Assembly (NCBI GenBank): GCA_951406725.2
Contig: OX597842.1
Span: 5,208,001-5,272,000 of the forward strand
Length of the DNA stretch: 64,000 nucleotides
Source: Octopus vulgaris
Taxonomy: Eukaryota
Direction of reading: 5' to 3'
Within the stretch, counting starts at the first letter, position 1. Every line of letters begins with the position of its first letter. Both the position numbers and the translations under genes were made by a program. The notes below the pieces were generated by a model, which did no database searches, was not told the origin of the DNA, and was given only the letters and a program-made list of their open reading frames with translations. Positions 27,814 to 41,200 of the stretch are shown here, one piece after another.

Positions 27814-27849
27814 CTGAGTTTACCAATGTAAAAGCATCCTGGAGCCCTC
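27814..27849 (-). CDS. Candidate 36-nt in-frame upstream SCOC exon (RAPGCFYIGKL)
   Basis: Minus strand reads tgttttattatttatttcaag|GAGGGCTCC...AAACTCAG|gtatgt. It is phase 2-2 and stop-free in the SCOC frame. The AAG acceptor is a weaker type and there is no homology support. Confidence 0.3.
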
Positions 27850-27968
27850 CTTGAAATAAATAATAAAACAACAGAGACTGTAATGAAGGCCACAGAATCA
27901 CATCACCAAGAGAAAATAATAAATGAATACTAACTACATCATCAGGGTTAATTTCATCAGCTAGAAAA

Positions 27969-28410
27969 TCATCATCATCATCATCCTTTAACGTCCACTT
28001 TCCATGCTAGCATGGGTTGGACGGTTCAACTGGGGTCTGTGAAGCTGGAAGGCTTCATCAGGCCCAGTCAGATCTGGCAGTGTTTCTACGGCTGGATGCC
28101 CTTCCTAACGCCAACCACTCCGTGAGTGTAGTGGGTGCTTTTTACGTGTCACCTGCACAGGTGCCAGACAGAGCTGGCAAACGGCCACGAACGGATGGTG
28201 CTTTTACGTGTCACCGGCACGGGGCCAGGCGAGGCTGGCAACGGACACGAACGGATGGTGCTTTTACGTGCCACCAACACGGGGGCCAGACAGAGCTGGC
28301 AAACGGCCACGAAACGGATGGTGCTTTTACGTGTCACCGGCACGGGGGCCAGGCGAGGCTGGCAACGGGCACGAACGGATGGTGCTTTTACATGCCACCA
28401 ACACGGGAGC
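27969..28410 (-). mobile_element. RTE-tail non-autonomous element with internal about 55-bp tandem units
   Basis: (CAT)n tail followed by ttccatgctagcatgggttggacgg...gatgcccttcctaacgccaaccactcc. Copies occur at about 3065, 36285, 38025, 38740, 43240, 46955, 53470 and 62095. Confidence 0.8.
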
Positions 28411-28522
28411 CTATATATATATATATACACACACACACACATATATATATATACACACACACACACATATATATACACACACATATATATACACACACAC
28501 ATATATATATACACACACACAC

Positions 28523-28595
<73 letters not shown>

Positions 28596-28672
28596 CACAC
28601 ACACACATATATATACACACACATATATACACACACACACACATATATATACACACACACACACATACATAT

Positions 28673-28703
<31 letters not shown>

Positions 28704-28920
28704 CACACACACACATATATACACACACACACATATATATACACACACACATATATATATACACACACACACACATATATATACACACACACATACATAT
28801 ATATATATACACACACACGCATATATATATATACACACACACACATATATATATACATACACACACACATATATATACACACACACACACATATACATAC
28901 ACACACACACACACATACAT

Positions 28921-28975
<55 letters not shown>

Positions 28976-29294
28976 TATATATGAGGAGCCTATAAGAAGG
29001 GTGAGATCATGCTATCTACAACCATTAGGATACTTAAAATGAAAAAAAAATGGATTATATAGAAATAATATTTCACATGCTCTCTCACTCATAAAGAAAA
29101 GACTTCTCATAGTAATATTAATCAAAAAACAATTATAAACCCTGAGGTGGTTCTCTTCCCTTGAAGGGAAACTTCACCCCCTCTTCTATTTCTTAGTAAA
29201 TTCTCTCTCTCTCTCCATCTCTTACTCCAAAACCAACTGCAGGTGGCAGCACCAACAGTCACTAGTCAAATTTTCTACATGTGTGCAAGTGTAT

Positions 29295-29338
<44 letters not shown>

Positions 29339-30297
29339 GGAGGCGCAATGGCCCAGTGGTTAGGGCAGCGGACTCGCGGTCAGAGGATCGCGGTTTTGAT
29401 TCCCAGACCGGGCGTTGTGTGTGTTTATTGAGCGAAAAACACCTAAAATAGCTCCACGAGGCTCCGGCAGGGGGTGGTGATCCTTGCTGTACTCTTTCAC
29501 CACTCTTTCTTCTGTTGGCCAGCTCGCTTAGCCAGCGGTGTGGCGTCATTCGAAGGCTAAAACAATGCGAACGCATTGTGACCAGCGATGTGTAACATCT
29601 GATGGTCTGGTCGGTCATGTGATCATGTGATATATATATAGCATGTGAAGAAACTCAGAGAGTGTTGTGGGTGCTTTTACGTGCCACCAGCACAAGGGCC
29701 AGTCAGGTGATACTGGCAACGGCCACAAAAAATCATTTATTTTTTTATTAACTTAAACAAAATACGGCTACCTGTACATTTATCGTAAATGATACAAGTC
29801 TATTAATACGATACCATGCAAGGTGCCAACCAGTGAACTAGTCTGGCAACTTCAGGATTTTCAAGTTCCTGCTCAGAGATTAGTACAGGTTATAAAAGGT
29901 TCCAGACCATCAACGTCCAGAAAGTTGGCACGGTTCCTGTAACAGTACTAGTGGTTAGAGCAGTTAGTATCTGGCGACTACAATAGCTTGGACTGGTGCT
30001 GGTTATAGTTGTTTGTATTGGTGTAGCATTTGTAGTAGTTAGTATCGGTATGTATAGTTTTCTGTTGTTTTGCATGTTTTAGTAATTTGGTTGTGGCCAT
30101 GCTGGGGTGCCGCCTCAAAGGGTTTTAGTAGGACAAATTGACCTCAGGACTTTTTTTTTTATTTTGAAGTCTGGTACTTGTTCTATTAGTCTCTTTTGCT
30201 GAATTGCTAAGTCGCAGAGATGCAAACACACCATCACCAGTTGCCAAGCGGTAACAGGGGACAAACACAGACACGACAACTTACATGCACATATATC

Positions 30298-31545
30298 AGA
30301 AGGTTTGGAGATGATGTACAGGTATTATATATTAGAAGAAATGAGGTACTCAGAAAATCGGATGGTTTATATTTACAGATATTTATTAGTATGTTACATG
30401 TTTTTATAAATCATATATCATGTATTAACGCTTTCGTCCAATCTAGTGGAGTTGTCAAACTGAACTTTTGCAGGAATTTTGACTCTTTTTATAGTCTTAT
30501 TGAGTGTGTAGGGTAGGGAGAGATATAAGATAGTACAAGAGGGTGAAGAATGGGGAGAAAGTGAGAGAGAGAGCGTGTGTGTGTTTTTGTATCTGAATGA
30601 AGTGTTAAAGAAAAAGAAGGAAAGGAAGAAGGAGAGAAAGAAGAGAAAATTTGTTGATATCTTTGCAGCTGGTCAGTCTTTCAATAGTAAGTGATTCTTA
30701 GATTTTAGAAATGGCAAACCCAGCTGGTCACTCCAAGGGGGACAAAATGTCACTTTTCAAAAAATTGTCCGGATTTCCTTTTGGTCCAGACAATTTTAAT
30801 CCCCTTGGAGTGACCAGCTGGGTTTGCCATTTCTAAAAGCCAAGAATCACTTACTATTGAAAGACTGACCAGCTGCAAAGATATCAACAAATTTTTTCTT
30901 CTTTCTCTCCTTCCTTTCCTTCTTTTTCTTTAACACTTCATTCAGATACAAAAACACACACACACGCTCTCTCTCACTTTCTCCCCATTCTTGTACTATC
31001 TTATATCTCTCCCCACCCTACACATTCAATAATACTATAAAAAGAGTCAAAATTCCTGCAAAAGTTACTTCAATTTGAAGACTCCACTAGAGTCTACCCT
31101 ATGTAAAAGGCCTCTCCGTAAAGATGCAAAAGATATGCAGACCATATGACATCAGGACAGTATTCAAGAGTAATACAACACTTCGCAAATATTTCCTTCG
31201 AGTAAAACCACCAATAGAAGAGAATATGGCCAAAGACTGCGTGTACTCCATCCCATGCAGCTGTGGTAGGTTATACAAAGGCGAAACATGCTGCCCCCCC
31301 TCAAAATAATGGTAGACGAACATCACAAAGCTGTGACATGAGGAGATATTGATAAATTGGTTATAGCTGATCATGAATAGAAAAATGGAGACCACCTCCC
31401 CCTGTGGGATGAAGTTAAAATAATAGAAAGAGAACACCAGTGGAAAATACGAAAACTAAAAGAAGCAGCACATATGCTAGGACACAACCTCCTAAGCAAA
31501 GTGAGTGCAGATATGAAAAGTATATGGGAACCAGTAGGATAGGAG
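30298..31545 (+). mobile_element. Penelope-like element remnant: GIY-YIG endonuclease fragment preceded by a 300-bp inverted repeat
   Basis: From 31094 the frame reads LPYVKGLSVKMQKICRPYDIRTVFKSNTTLRKYF...DCVYSIPCSCGRLYKGET...HHKAV...ADH...WDEVKIIERE...RKLKEAAHM, with a frameshift and stops. The inverted-repeat arms are 30442-30742 and 30800-31091. Confidence 0.85.
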
Positions 31546-31590
31546 AATATTAGATTTATAAGCCCTAAAATTCACTCCATAATTGCCGAC

Positions 31591-32265
31591 GGGCATATGG
31601 CAAAGTGGTTCTCATTCCTAAGGTATTTTTTGATATTATTATTGTTCATGTCACTGCTTGGAATCAAACTCGGAATTTTGGGGTTAGTAGAGGGCATATG
31701 GCTTAGTGGTTAAGAGCACGGGCTACTAACCCCAAGATTCCGAGTTCGATTCCAAGCAATGACCTGAACAATAATAATCAAAAAATACCTTACAAATGAG
31801 AACCTAGGTTCAAAATTTCCCCAAGACACCTAATGAAGGCTGGAGGGTATATCAGCCGAAACATTGTGTTAACAACAAACAAGATGAGGACAAATATCCG
31901 TCAAATGTAAATAAGGTAAATAAATAATAATAACATTGAAAAATACCTTAGTATTGAGAACCCAGGTTTGAAATTTCCCCAAGACACCTAATGAAGGCTG
32001 GAGGGTATATCAGCCGAAATGTTGTGTTAACAACAAACAAGATGAGGACACATATCCGTCAAATGTAAATAAGGTAAATAAATAATAATAACATTGAAAA
32101 ATACCTTAGTATTGAGAACCCATATTTGAAATTTCCCCAAGACACCTGATGAAGGCTGGAAGGTATATCAGCTGAAATGTTGTGTTAACAACAAACAAGA
32201 TGAGGACAAATATCTGCCAAATGTAAATAATGTAAATAAATTCTCATCTCTTAAATATAGAACTG
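31591..32265 (+). mobile_element. tRNA-headed element with three tandem 158-bp hammerhead-containing monomers and an upstream inverted partial copy
   Basis: tRNA-like head at 31692-31764 (A box tggcttagtgg, B box gttcgattcc). Hammerhead motifs at 31825-31870, 31983-32028 and 32141-32186. Inverted copy at 31607-31690. Confidence 0.8.
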
Positions 32266-32489
32266 AAAGAGAATGGCTTCCAAGACTGGAGAGAAAGGAA
32301 GCAATCATGCTCTGATAGATGTTTAATGTTAGCATACATAAATAAAAGAGAGGGAATAGGAATGTAATAGGAATGAAATATGGTAAGCAAGAGATAAGAC
32401 TAGGCTGGGAAAACATGCTATGGTGTATCCAATTCTCATGAAGGGTCCATGGCAAATAAGAGGTGGTGTTAAAAAGACTCACAGAAAGT

Positions 32490-32620
32490 CCTCAACTTGC
32501 TTATGGAAAATGACTTCCAGGCCGGATTCCAAAAGTGGCAGGAAGGCTGGGACCAGTGTATTGCTGTACAAGGGGACTATTTCAAAGGGGATGATGTGAA
32601 AACTTTGGTAAATAAGTTAT
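32490..32620 (+). mobile_element. Mariner transposase C-terminal remnant
   Basis: Translation FQAGFQKWQEGWDQCIAVQGDYFKGD. Confidence 0.7.
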
Positions 32621-33109
32621 TTTTTAGGAGTAGCTGTGTGGTAAGTAGCTTGCTTACCAACCACATGGTTCTGGGTTCAGTCCCACAGCATGGCACCTTG
32701 GGCAAGTATCTTCTACTATTGCCTCGGGCTAACCAAAGCCTTGTGAGTGGATTTGGTAGACAGAAACTGGAATAAGCCCACTGTATATATGTAAATATAT
32801 ATATATATGTATGTGTGTCTGTGTTTGTCCCACCATCATCTCTTGACAACCGATGCTGGTGTGTTTATGTCCCCATAACTTAGCAGTTCGGCAAAAGATA
32901 CTGATAGAATAAGTACTAGGCTTACAAAGTCTTGGCGTTGATTTACTCGACTAAAGGTGGTGCTCCAGCATGGCCACAATCAAATGACTGAATCAAGTAA
33001 AAGAGTGAGTATACACCTTATCTAATAACTAAATATTTTAATGTTAAAATACAACAATAAAAAAAATGTGAAAACCACACATTTTAACTTTATTCATCTG
33101 ATATATATA

Positions 33110-33481
33110 CTAGCAGTATCGCCCGGCGTTGCTCAGGTTTGTAAGGGAAATAACTATAAAGCATTTTTAGAGAGTTATAGCCAAAAAATAGCAAAAAAAT
33201 GGAAAAAAAATGATGGTAAATTTTTTGAGAGTTAAAACAGGTGGAGTTGCGTCCCCTAGACGGTCTGTGGTTTGGGTTTCTCATTCTCGACCCCATGTCG
33301 AATTTATCGATTTTTCAGAACTGGGGGAACTTTTCAAAATTTTCGCTGCGTTAGTTTTGAATTATGACATTGGGCTATGTGTGTGTCAAGTTTCATCAGA
33401 ATCAGTTGAAAGCCGTGGTCAGAGTGAAGGTACGAGAAAACAGACACACAGAAACACGCACAGACAAACTGCCGTTTATAT

Positions 33482-33486
<5 letters not shown>
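33110..33486 (-). mobile_element. Non-autonomous Helitron-like element
   Basis: The minus strand starts A|TC and ends CTAG|T, with a GC-rich subterminal hairpin (cctgagcaacgccggg) and an internal ACAG-type microsatellite. Confidence 0.72.
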
Positions 33487-33527
<41 letters not shown>

Positions 33528-34412
33528 ATTATGCACCCCTTTTCAAGCCTAGCCAGGTTCATGGGCCCAGTTTCTGTGGTGTATGTGTTTCCCCCACTGG
33601 ACAGGACTCCAGTCCATCGCAGTGTTACTCAAGAAACAGGAAGAGAGAATAAGAGAAAGTTGGGGCAAAAGAGTACAACAGGGGTAGCCACCACCCACCG
33701 AAGGAGCCTTGAGAAATTTTTAGGTGTTTTCACTCAATAAACACACACAACATCCAGTCTGAGGATCGAAACCGCGATCCTCCGACCACAAATCTGCTGC
33801 CCTAACCACTGGGCCATTGCACCTGCATATATATATATATATATATATATTTCTTTACTACCCACAAGGGGCTACACACAGAGGGGACAAACAAGGACAG
33901 ACAAACGGATTACGTCGACCCCAGTGCGTAACTGGTACTTAATTTATCGACCCTGAAAGGATGAAAGGCAAAGTCGACCTCGGCGTAATTTGAACTCAGA
34001 ACGTAACGGCAGACGAAATACAGCTAAGCATTTCGCCCGGCGTGCTAACGTTTCTACCTGCTCACCTTTTATATATATATATATTTATATACATATGCAC
34101 ACACACACACATATACTTTGCTATATCTATCTCATCATCATTGTTTAACATCCGCCTTCCTACATACACACACACATGTATTATATCCAGTGCACAACAT
34201 CACATGTGGAAGCTATTTCATTGTGCAAACAAATCCATTAGTATATTGATATTTAGTATGAGTCAAATGTTTTCATTTCGACGTCTCCAAGACAACAAAG
34301 ACGACAGCAAGGAGGAGGGAAGAGGAGGAGGACAAAAGGGGAAGGGGTGAAGGCTAGGTGGTGGATACCCCATTGCTAAGGTTTTTTCAAAGACAGCATT
34401 TGGGGCTGTGTC

Positions 34413-34481
<69 letters not shown>

Positions 34482-34835
34482 TATATACACATACACACAG
34501 TGAAACTGCATGGTTCAGTGGTTAGAGCATTGGGCTCATAATCATGAGGTAATGAGTTCGATTCCTGAACCAGGCTGCGTGTTGTGTTCTTGAGCAAGAC
34601 ACTTTATTTCATGTTGCTCCAATTCACTCAGCTGTAAAAATGAATTGTAACATCTCCGGTGCCAATCTGTATCAGCCCCTTTGCCTTTCCTCTGGATAAT
34701 ATGGAGAGCAAGGAGGGGCTACTGCTGGTCCTCCATAAACAAACTCACCCAGACTTGTGAATCAGAGGGGTACTTTCAAGGTGAAATCCCATGATCATTC
34801 ATGGCCAAAGGGTTGGGGATCTTTACACTTTTATA

Positions 34836-34880
<45 letters not shown>

Positions 34881-34889
34881 TATACAGAT

Positions 34890-35075
34890 GTCGAGTGGTA
34901 CCCGTGTGAGTGGAAAAGACCACCCGGAAGACCTCCACGACAGTGGAATTACGATTTCAAGAGGATGATTGGGATCACGTGGATGAGAAAGGCGCGATCC
35001 AGAGAGGAGTGGACAGCATGCTGTGACCAGCGGTGTCAAATGGACGCCTGACGGACTGGTCAGTCAGTGATCAAA
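34890..35075 (+). mobile_element. RTE-like LINE 3' end fragment
   Basis: Translation WYPCEWKRPPGRPPRQW...WMRKARSREEW. Confidence 0.7.
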
Positions 35076-35105
35076 GTGAAAGTGATATATACATATATAC
35101 ATACA

Positions 35106-36120
35106 CAGGGTGCATAAGGTATTTGAGGACATACCTTTCTGAGGTCATTGCTGCACTTTTTGCTAACTCTGTATAATCTTTGTTTCAGAAAATAATAATG
35201 GTAGACCCACAGCTTACCCATAAATGAAGAGGCATACTGTTATTGTGGTTATAAAGGCTGAGTATAGCGATTTAGAAATATCTCGGTTTTTAAAAGTTGC
35301 CAGATCTTTCATCTACAAAGTTTGTAAGGAGTTAGAGACTGAAGATGGAAACGTATCACCAGTATCAAAGCATAAAAAGCATTCTAAATGCTCTGAAATC
35401 ATCAGAGCACCTGAATTTATCCAGCAAGTTCAACTGACCCTTGATTATAATCCCAGAAAGTCCATGAGATTGATTGCAAAAGATCTCCATGTGTCAGAGG
35501 GAACAGTCAGAAATGTTGTCCACAAAGACATCAGAGTCTTATATGGTGAGGAAAGGTCAATTTGTCAGAAAAAGCAAAAGAAAATCACTACATCAGATCT
35601 AAAAGACTCTTAAACAAACTGAAAAATCCAGCAGAAGAAGATTTGATTTGGTTTTTCACAAATGAGAAAAACTTCGAACAAGATCAAAACATTAACAGAA
35701 GAAATGACAGATGATTGTTATGTGCAGACCCTTCTGAAATTCCAAGTATTATGCATGCAAAATTTCCTGCAGCTGTCATGGTTTTAGGGGTTGTCAGCAA
35801 TGAAGAACATGTGATGCCTCCTTACTTCTTTCCACAAGGCCTTAGAGTTACCTCTGCAGCCTACATAGAGATCTTGGAAATAGTTAAGCCCTGCATAGAC
35901 AGTGTATGCAATAGAAGGCCATATGTGTTTCAGTAAGACTCTGCACTATCACACATGGCTCTAGTAACACAGGAATGGATGGCTTAAAATTTTCACGATC
36001 ACATAACCCCTGACATTTGGCCACCTAATTCCCCAGATCTCAACTCATTGGACGATTACATATGGAGCGTTGTTGAGAGAGAGGTCAATGAACACACTCA
36101 TAACACTAAACATTCTTTAA
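35106..36120 (+). pseudogene. DD37D (maT-type) Tc1/mariner transposase, degenerate
   Basis: MKRHTVIVVIKAEYSDLEISRFLKVARSFIYKV...WFFTNEKNF...VMVLGVVS...FQ*DSALSH...WPPNSPDLNSLD. I count 37 residues between the last two catalytic Asp. Stops and frameshifts are present. Confidence 0.88.
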
Positions 36121-37436
36121 GCACCACCTTTAGTCAAACAAATCGACCCCAAGACTTATTCTTTGTGAGCCTAGTACTTATTCTATTGGTCTCTTTTGCC
36201 GAACCACTAAATTACTGGGACATAGACACACCAACATCGGTTGTCAAGCGATGGTGGAGGGGACAAACAGACACACAAACACATCATCATCATCGTTTAA
36301 TGTCCGCTTTCCATGCTAGTATGGGTTGGACAATTTGACTGAGGTCTGGCAAACCAGATGGCTGCACCAGGCTCCAATCTTGATCTGGCAAAGTTTCTAC
36401 AGCTGGATGCCCTTCCTAACGCCAACCACTCCGAGAGTGTACTGGGTGCTTTTATGTGCCACCGGCACGAGGGCCAGTCAGGCGGTACTGATGTATAAAT
36501 ATATGACGGGCTTCTTTCAGTTTCCATCTACCAAACCTACTCACAAGGCTTTGGTCAGAAGACACTTGCCCAGGGTGCCACGCAGTGGGACTGAACCCAG
36601 AACCATGTGGCTGGTAAGCAAGCTAATAAAGTTAATGTCTGGTCAATGAGTGACCAATGGTTTCACATCCACATAGGCTATAGTCTATGTGGCCCTAGTC
36701 CAAAGACAAAAATAACTCTTCACCCTTGGTCACTATGTCCAGACATTAACTTTATTACTTTAATTATTTTACTGCTCTGTGCTTTTGACGATAGATACCT
36801 GGTAGTATGTCATACCACTGTAAGAATAACAGGTGTCGTACATTTAAGATGGTATGGTGTGATTGTAATGCAGATTTGGTAGATGGGTCAGCCAGGTAAA
36901 TGGACTGAGATCCTTGGTTATGTATCTAGCATTTACTTGTGTGAATGGAGAGAGAGGAGAGAGAGAGAGAGAGAGAAAAAAAAGAGAGAGGAAGGGAGAG
37001 AGACGGACAGACAGACAAATAGGTAGATAAGTAGGTAGGAAATTATGTCGTGCAGTTTATGAAATAATTTCTTATTCTCTAGTCATTTACTCTTTTACAA
37101 AACACACACAAATATGTGTGTGTGTATATATATATATATACACATTGTTGTTGGCATCCTATTTGTCTCAGGAGACAATGGAGTTGTGCATAGAGTAGTC
37201 TAGTCCAGCTTTTACATTTCATGTCATTTACATCTCTTGCTATGGCTGTGTAATCCTACCCTGGACAAACACTCCCTCTGGCAGGTACCGCAAATGTAGC
37301 GAAGACTGTTCCTGGCTGGTTGTAATGCCATAGTTTCTTGTTGACGTCTTTTCTTGTCTTTCCATTTCTCCTCTCTCTCTGTCACTCCTTTGTATTCCCT
37401 CTTTTACGGTACATCGCCAGTCTCCACAGTTTCCGG

Positions 37437-37478
<42 letters not shown>

Positions 37479-37496
37479 CATATACATATATATAAA

Positions 37497-37690
37497 ATTT
37501 AGAGGACTGACCACTAAAAGTGGACAGCCTATATCAATATCCATTTTCCACGAAGAATGTGTTCTCAAGAAAAACTTTTGGTTTTTTGCTGAGTTTTTTC
37601 TTGAGAACACATTCTTCGTGGAAAATGGTGATTTTGACGTCTATATCTAGCGTATAGGCTGTCCACTATTAGTGGTCAGTCCTCCAAATT
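37497..37690. repeat. Fold-back palindromic element in a (TA)n tract
   Basis: gaggactgaccactaa..gtggacagcctata...ccattttccacgaagaatgtgttctcaagaaaaa is mirrored on the right. Confidence 0.85.
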
Positions 37691-37693
37691 TTG

Positions 37694-37747
<54 letters not shown>

Positions 37748-38304
37748 GAGAGAGAGGGAAATGAGATAGGGATAGATACATACATTATATATATACATAC
37801 TCACACACAATATATACATACATGCATTGACACATACACACACCAATTCACTACATACATATAAAAAATCCATTATATGCAATTACAAGCAGTAATCTAA
37901 TAAAATTAGTCGCCTTTGAATCCTAAGTCGTCAATACACACTGTTGATAGGCCAAGTTACTGAAGTATTTGTCCTGAGATAACATCTGTAATAGATGAGC
38001 TCAGTTAAAAACAATGATTATCAGTCATCGTTTAACGTCCGTTTCTCCATGCTAGCAGGGGTTGGATGGTTTGACCGGGGTCTGGGAAGCCAGGAGGCAG
38101 CACCAGGCTCCAGTCTGATCTGGCAGAGTTTCTACAGTTGGATGCCCTTCCTAACGCCAACCACTCCATGAGTGTAGTGGGTGTTTTTTACATACAACCG
38201 GCACAGGGGCCAGAGGGAGCTGGCAAATGGTGACGATCCATTGGTGCTTTTTATGTGCCTCCAGCACTGAAGCCAGCCAAGACAGTACTGGCATCGGTGG
38301 TCTA

Positions 38305-38625
38305 CCGCCACCCCGGATTCCTTCAACTGTTTGGGAGTGGCACTTCTTCACACATCTCTCCTCATCCATCCGCAGTACATGACCATACCAGCGCAAACGT
38401 CTCTCTTGCACACCACATCTGATGCTTCTAATATCCTACATTTCTCTCTGGGCACTTTCACTCTGTCGTGTGCGTACACTGACATTAAACATCCAGCGGA
38501 TCATGCTAGCTTCATTTCTTTCGAGCTTACGCATGTCCTCCACAGTCACAGCCCATGTCTCACTACCATGAAGCATGGCAGTTCGCACGAGAGGTGAAAA
38601 TACGTTACAACAGCCAGCAAGAGTG
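38305..38625 (-). mobile_element. RTE LINE ORF C-terminal fragment (second copy at 47345-47685)
   Basis: Translation QERRLRWYGHV.R.DE..CVKKC...VEG...RGRP. Confidence 0.85.
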
Positions 38626-39829
38626 CAAGATGCATTTCAACCTTTATATGTCTCTTCCGTGGCCTGTACAAGCAGCTGGTCACCATTTTGAGATGAGACT
38701 GCATTCTCTCTGATATAGGAAACAATGAATAAAAGTCACTCGTCATCATCATCATTTAACGTCTGTTGTCCATGCTGGCATGGGTTGGGCAGTTCGACTG
38801 AAGCTGGTAAGCTGGAGAGCTGCACCAGGTTCCAATCTGATTTAGCAGGGTTTCTATGGTTGGATGCCCTTCTTAATGCCAACCACTCCAAGAGTGTAAT
38901 GGGTGCCTTCTACATACCTCTACATACCTTTACTACCCACAAGGGGCTAAACACAAAGAGGACAGACAAAGGGATTAAGTCGATTACATCAACCCCAGTG
39001 CATAACTGGTACTTATTTAATCGACCTCGGCGGAATTTGAACTCAGAACGTAGCAGCAGACGAAATACCTATTTCTTTACTACCTACAAGGGGCTAAACA
39101 CAGAGAGGACAAACAAGGACAGACAAACAGATTAAGTCAATTATATCGGCCCCAGTGCATAACTGGTACTTATTTAATCGACCCCAAAACGTTGAAAGGC
39201 AAAGTCGACCTCGGCGGAATTTGAACTCAGAACGTAGCGGCAGACGAAATACTGCTAAGCATTTCGCCCGGCCTGCTAATGTTTCTGCCAGCTCGCCACC
39301 TTAACATACCACCAGCACAGATACCAGTTACATGACACCAGTGTTGGCCATGACTAAAATTTTACTTGGCTTGATGGGTTTTCTCAAGCACAGCATGTCG
39401 CCAAAGGCCTCAGTCACTTATCATTGCCTTTGTGAAGCCCAATGTTTGAGGGGTGCTGTTTACATGCCACCAGCACAGTTGCCAGTTATGTCTTCTCAAA
39501 CATGGCATATCACCAAAGGCCTTGGTCATTTACCATTGCCTTCATGAGGCCCAATGTTTGAAGGGTGCATTTTAGAGCCACTGGCACAGATGCCAGTTTT
39601 GTGACACCAGCATCAACCACAACTACGATTTCACTTGGTCAGATGGGTTTTCTCAAGCACGGCATATCACCAAACATTTTGGTCACTTATCATTGCTGGT
39701 AAATAAATCAATTAAAATAACCCAGTATGTATCATACTTAATATATACACAATGTCAATAAGGCCGCTAAATCTAAAACTTCTACCATGTATACTTTTAA
39801 GGAAAGACGGAAAATTAATTTAAGAGAAA

Positions 39830-41200
39830 ATTAGATACAGACAGATTGGTAGACAGAAAGCTAGATGGATACAAAGACAGAAAGCTAGATAGGTAGACAG
39901 ACAGTTAGACAGATAGACAAACAGCTTGATAGTTGGACAGGCAGACAGCTAGATGGGCAGACAGCTAGATGGGCAGACAGCCAGAGAGACGGGTAGATGG
40001 GCAGACAGTTAGAGAGACGGGTAGATAGCTAGGTAGACGGGTAGATAGCTAGGTAGACGGGTAGATAGCTAGGTAGACGGGTAGATAGCTAGGTAGACGG
40101 GTAGATAGCTAGGTAGACGGGTAGATAGGCAGACAGCTAGACAGACGGGTAGATGGGCAGACAGCTTGGTAGATGGGCAGACAGCTAGATAGATGGGTAG
40201 ATAGCTAGGTAGACAGGTAGATAGCTAGGTAGACGGGTAGATAGCTAGATAGATGGGTAGATGGGCAGACAGCTAGAGAGATGGGTAGATGGGCAGACAG
40301 CTAGATAGACGGGTAGATGGGCAGACAGCTAGATAGATGGGTAGATGGGCAGACAGCTAGATAGACGGGTAGATGGGCAGACAGCTAGATAGACGGGTAG
40401 ATGGGCAGACAGCTAGATAGAAGGGTAGATAGGCAGACAGCTAGATAGAAGGGTAGATAGGCAGACAGCTAGATAGAAGGGTAGATAGGCAGACAGCTAA
40501 GTAGAAGGGTAGATAGGCAGACAGCTAGATAGAAGGGTAGATAGGCAGACAGCTAAGTAGAAGGGTAGATAGGCAGACAGCTAGATAGAAGGGTAGATAG
40601 GCAGACAGCTAAATAGAAGGGTAGATGGGCAGACAGCTAGATAGACGGGTAGATGGGCAGACAGCTAGATAGGCAGGTAGATAGCTAGATAGGCGGGTAG
40701 ATAGCTAGGTAGACGGGTAGACAGCTAGGTAGACGGGTAGATAGCTAGGTAGACGGGTAGATAGCTAGGTAGATGAGTAGATAGCTAGGTAGACGGGTAG
40801 ATGGGCAGACAGCTAGATAGCTAGGTAGATGGGTAGATAGCTAGGTAGATGGGTAGATAGCTAGGTAGACGGGTAGATGGGCAGACAGCTATGTAGACGG
40901 GTAGATGGGCAGACAGCTATGTAGACGGGTAGATGGGCAGACAGCTATGTAGACGGGTAGATGGGCAGACAGCTAGATAGACGAGTAGATGGGCAGACAG
41001 CTAGATAGATGGGTAGACAGCTAGGTAAACTGGTAGATAGCTAGATAGACGGGTAGATGGCTAGATAGACGGGTAGATGGGCAGACAGCTAGATAGACGG
41101 GTACCTTGGCTGATAACTAGATATATGGACGGAGAGATAGATAGATACAAAGATGGATGGATGAATAGATAGACACACAGACAGACAGACAAAGACAAAC
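39830..41200. repeat. Minisatellite (18-28-bp units, agctagatagacgggtagatgggcagac) derived from GATA/GACA repeats
   Basis: Direct tandem repeats. Confidence 0.92.

Noticed and set aside
29888-29936. Possible SCOC exon (NRANFLDVDGLEPFIT)
   Set aside because: No credible phase-compatible donor occurs before a stop.
31692-31764. Functional tRNA gene (ACT anticodon)
   Set aside because: The acceptor, anticodon and T stems are mismatched and the sequence is fused to a repeat body, so it is a SINE-type head.
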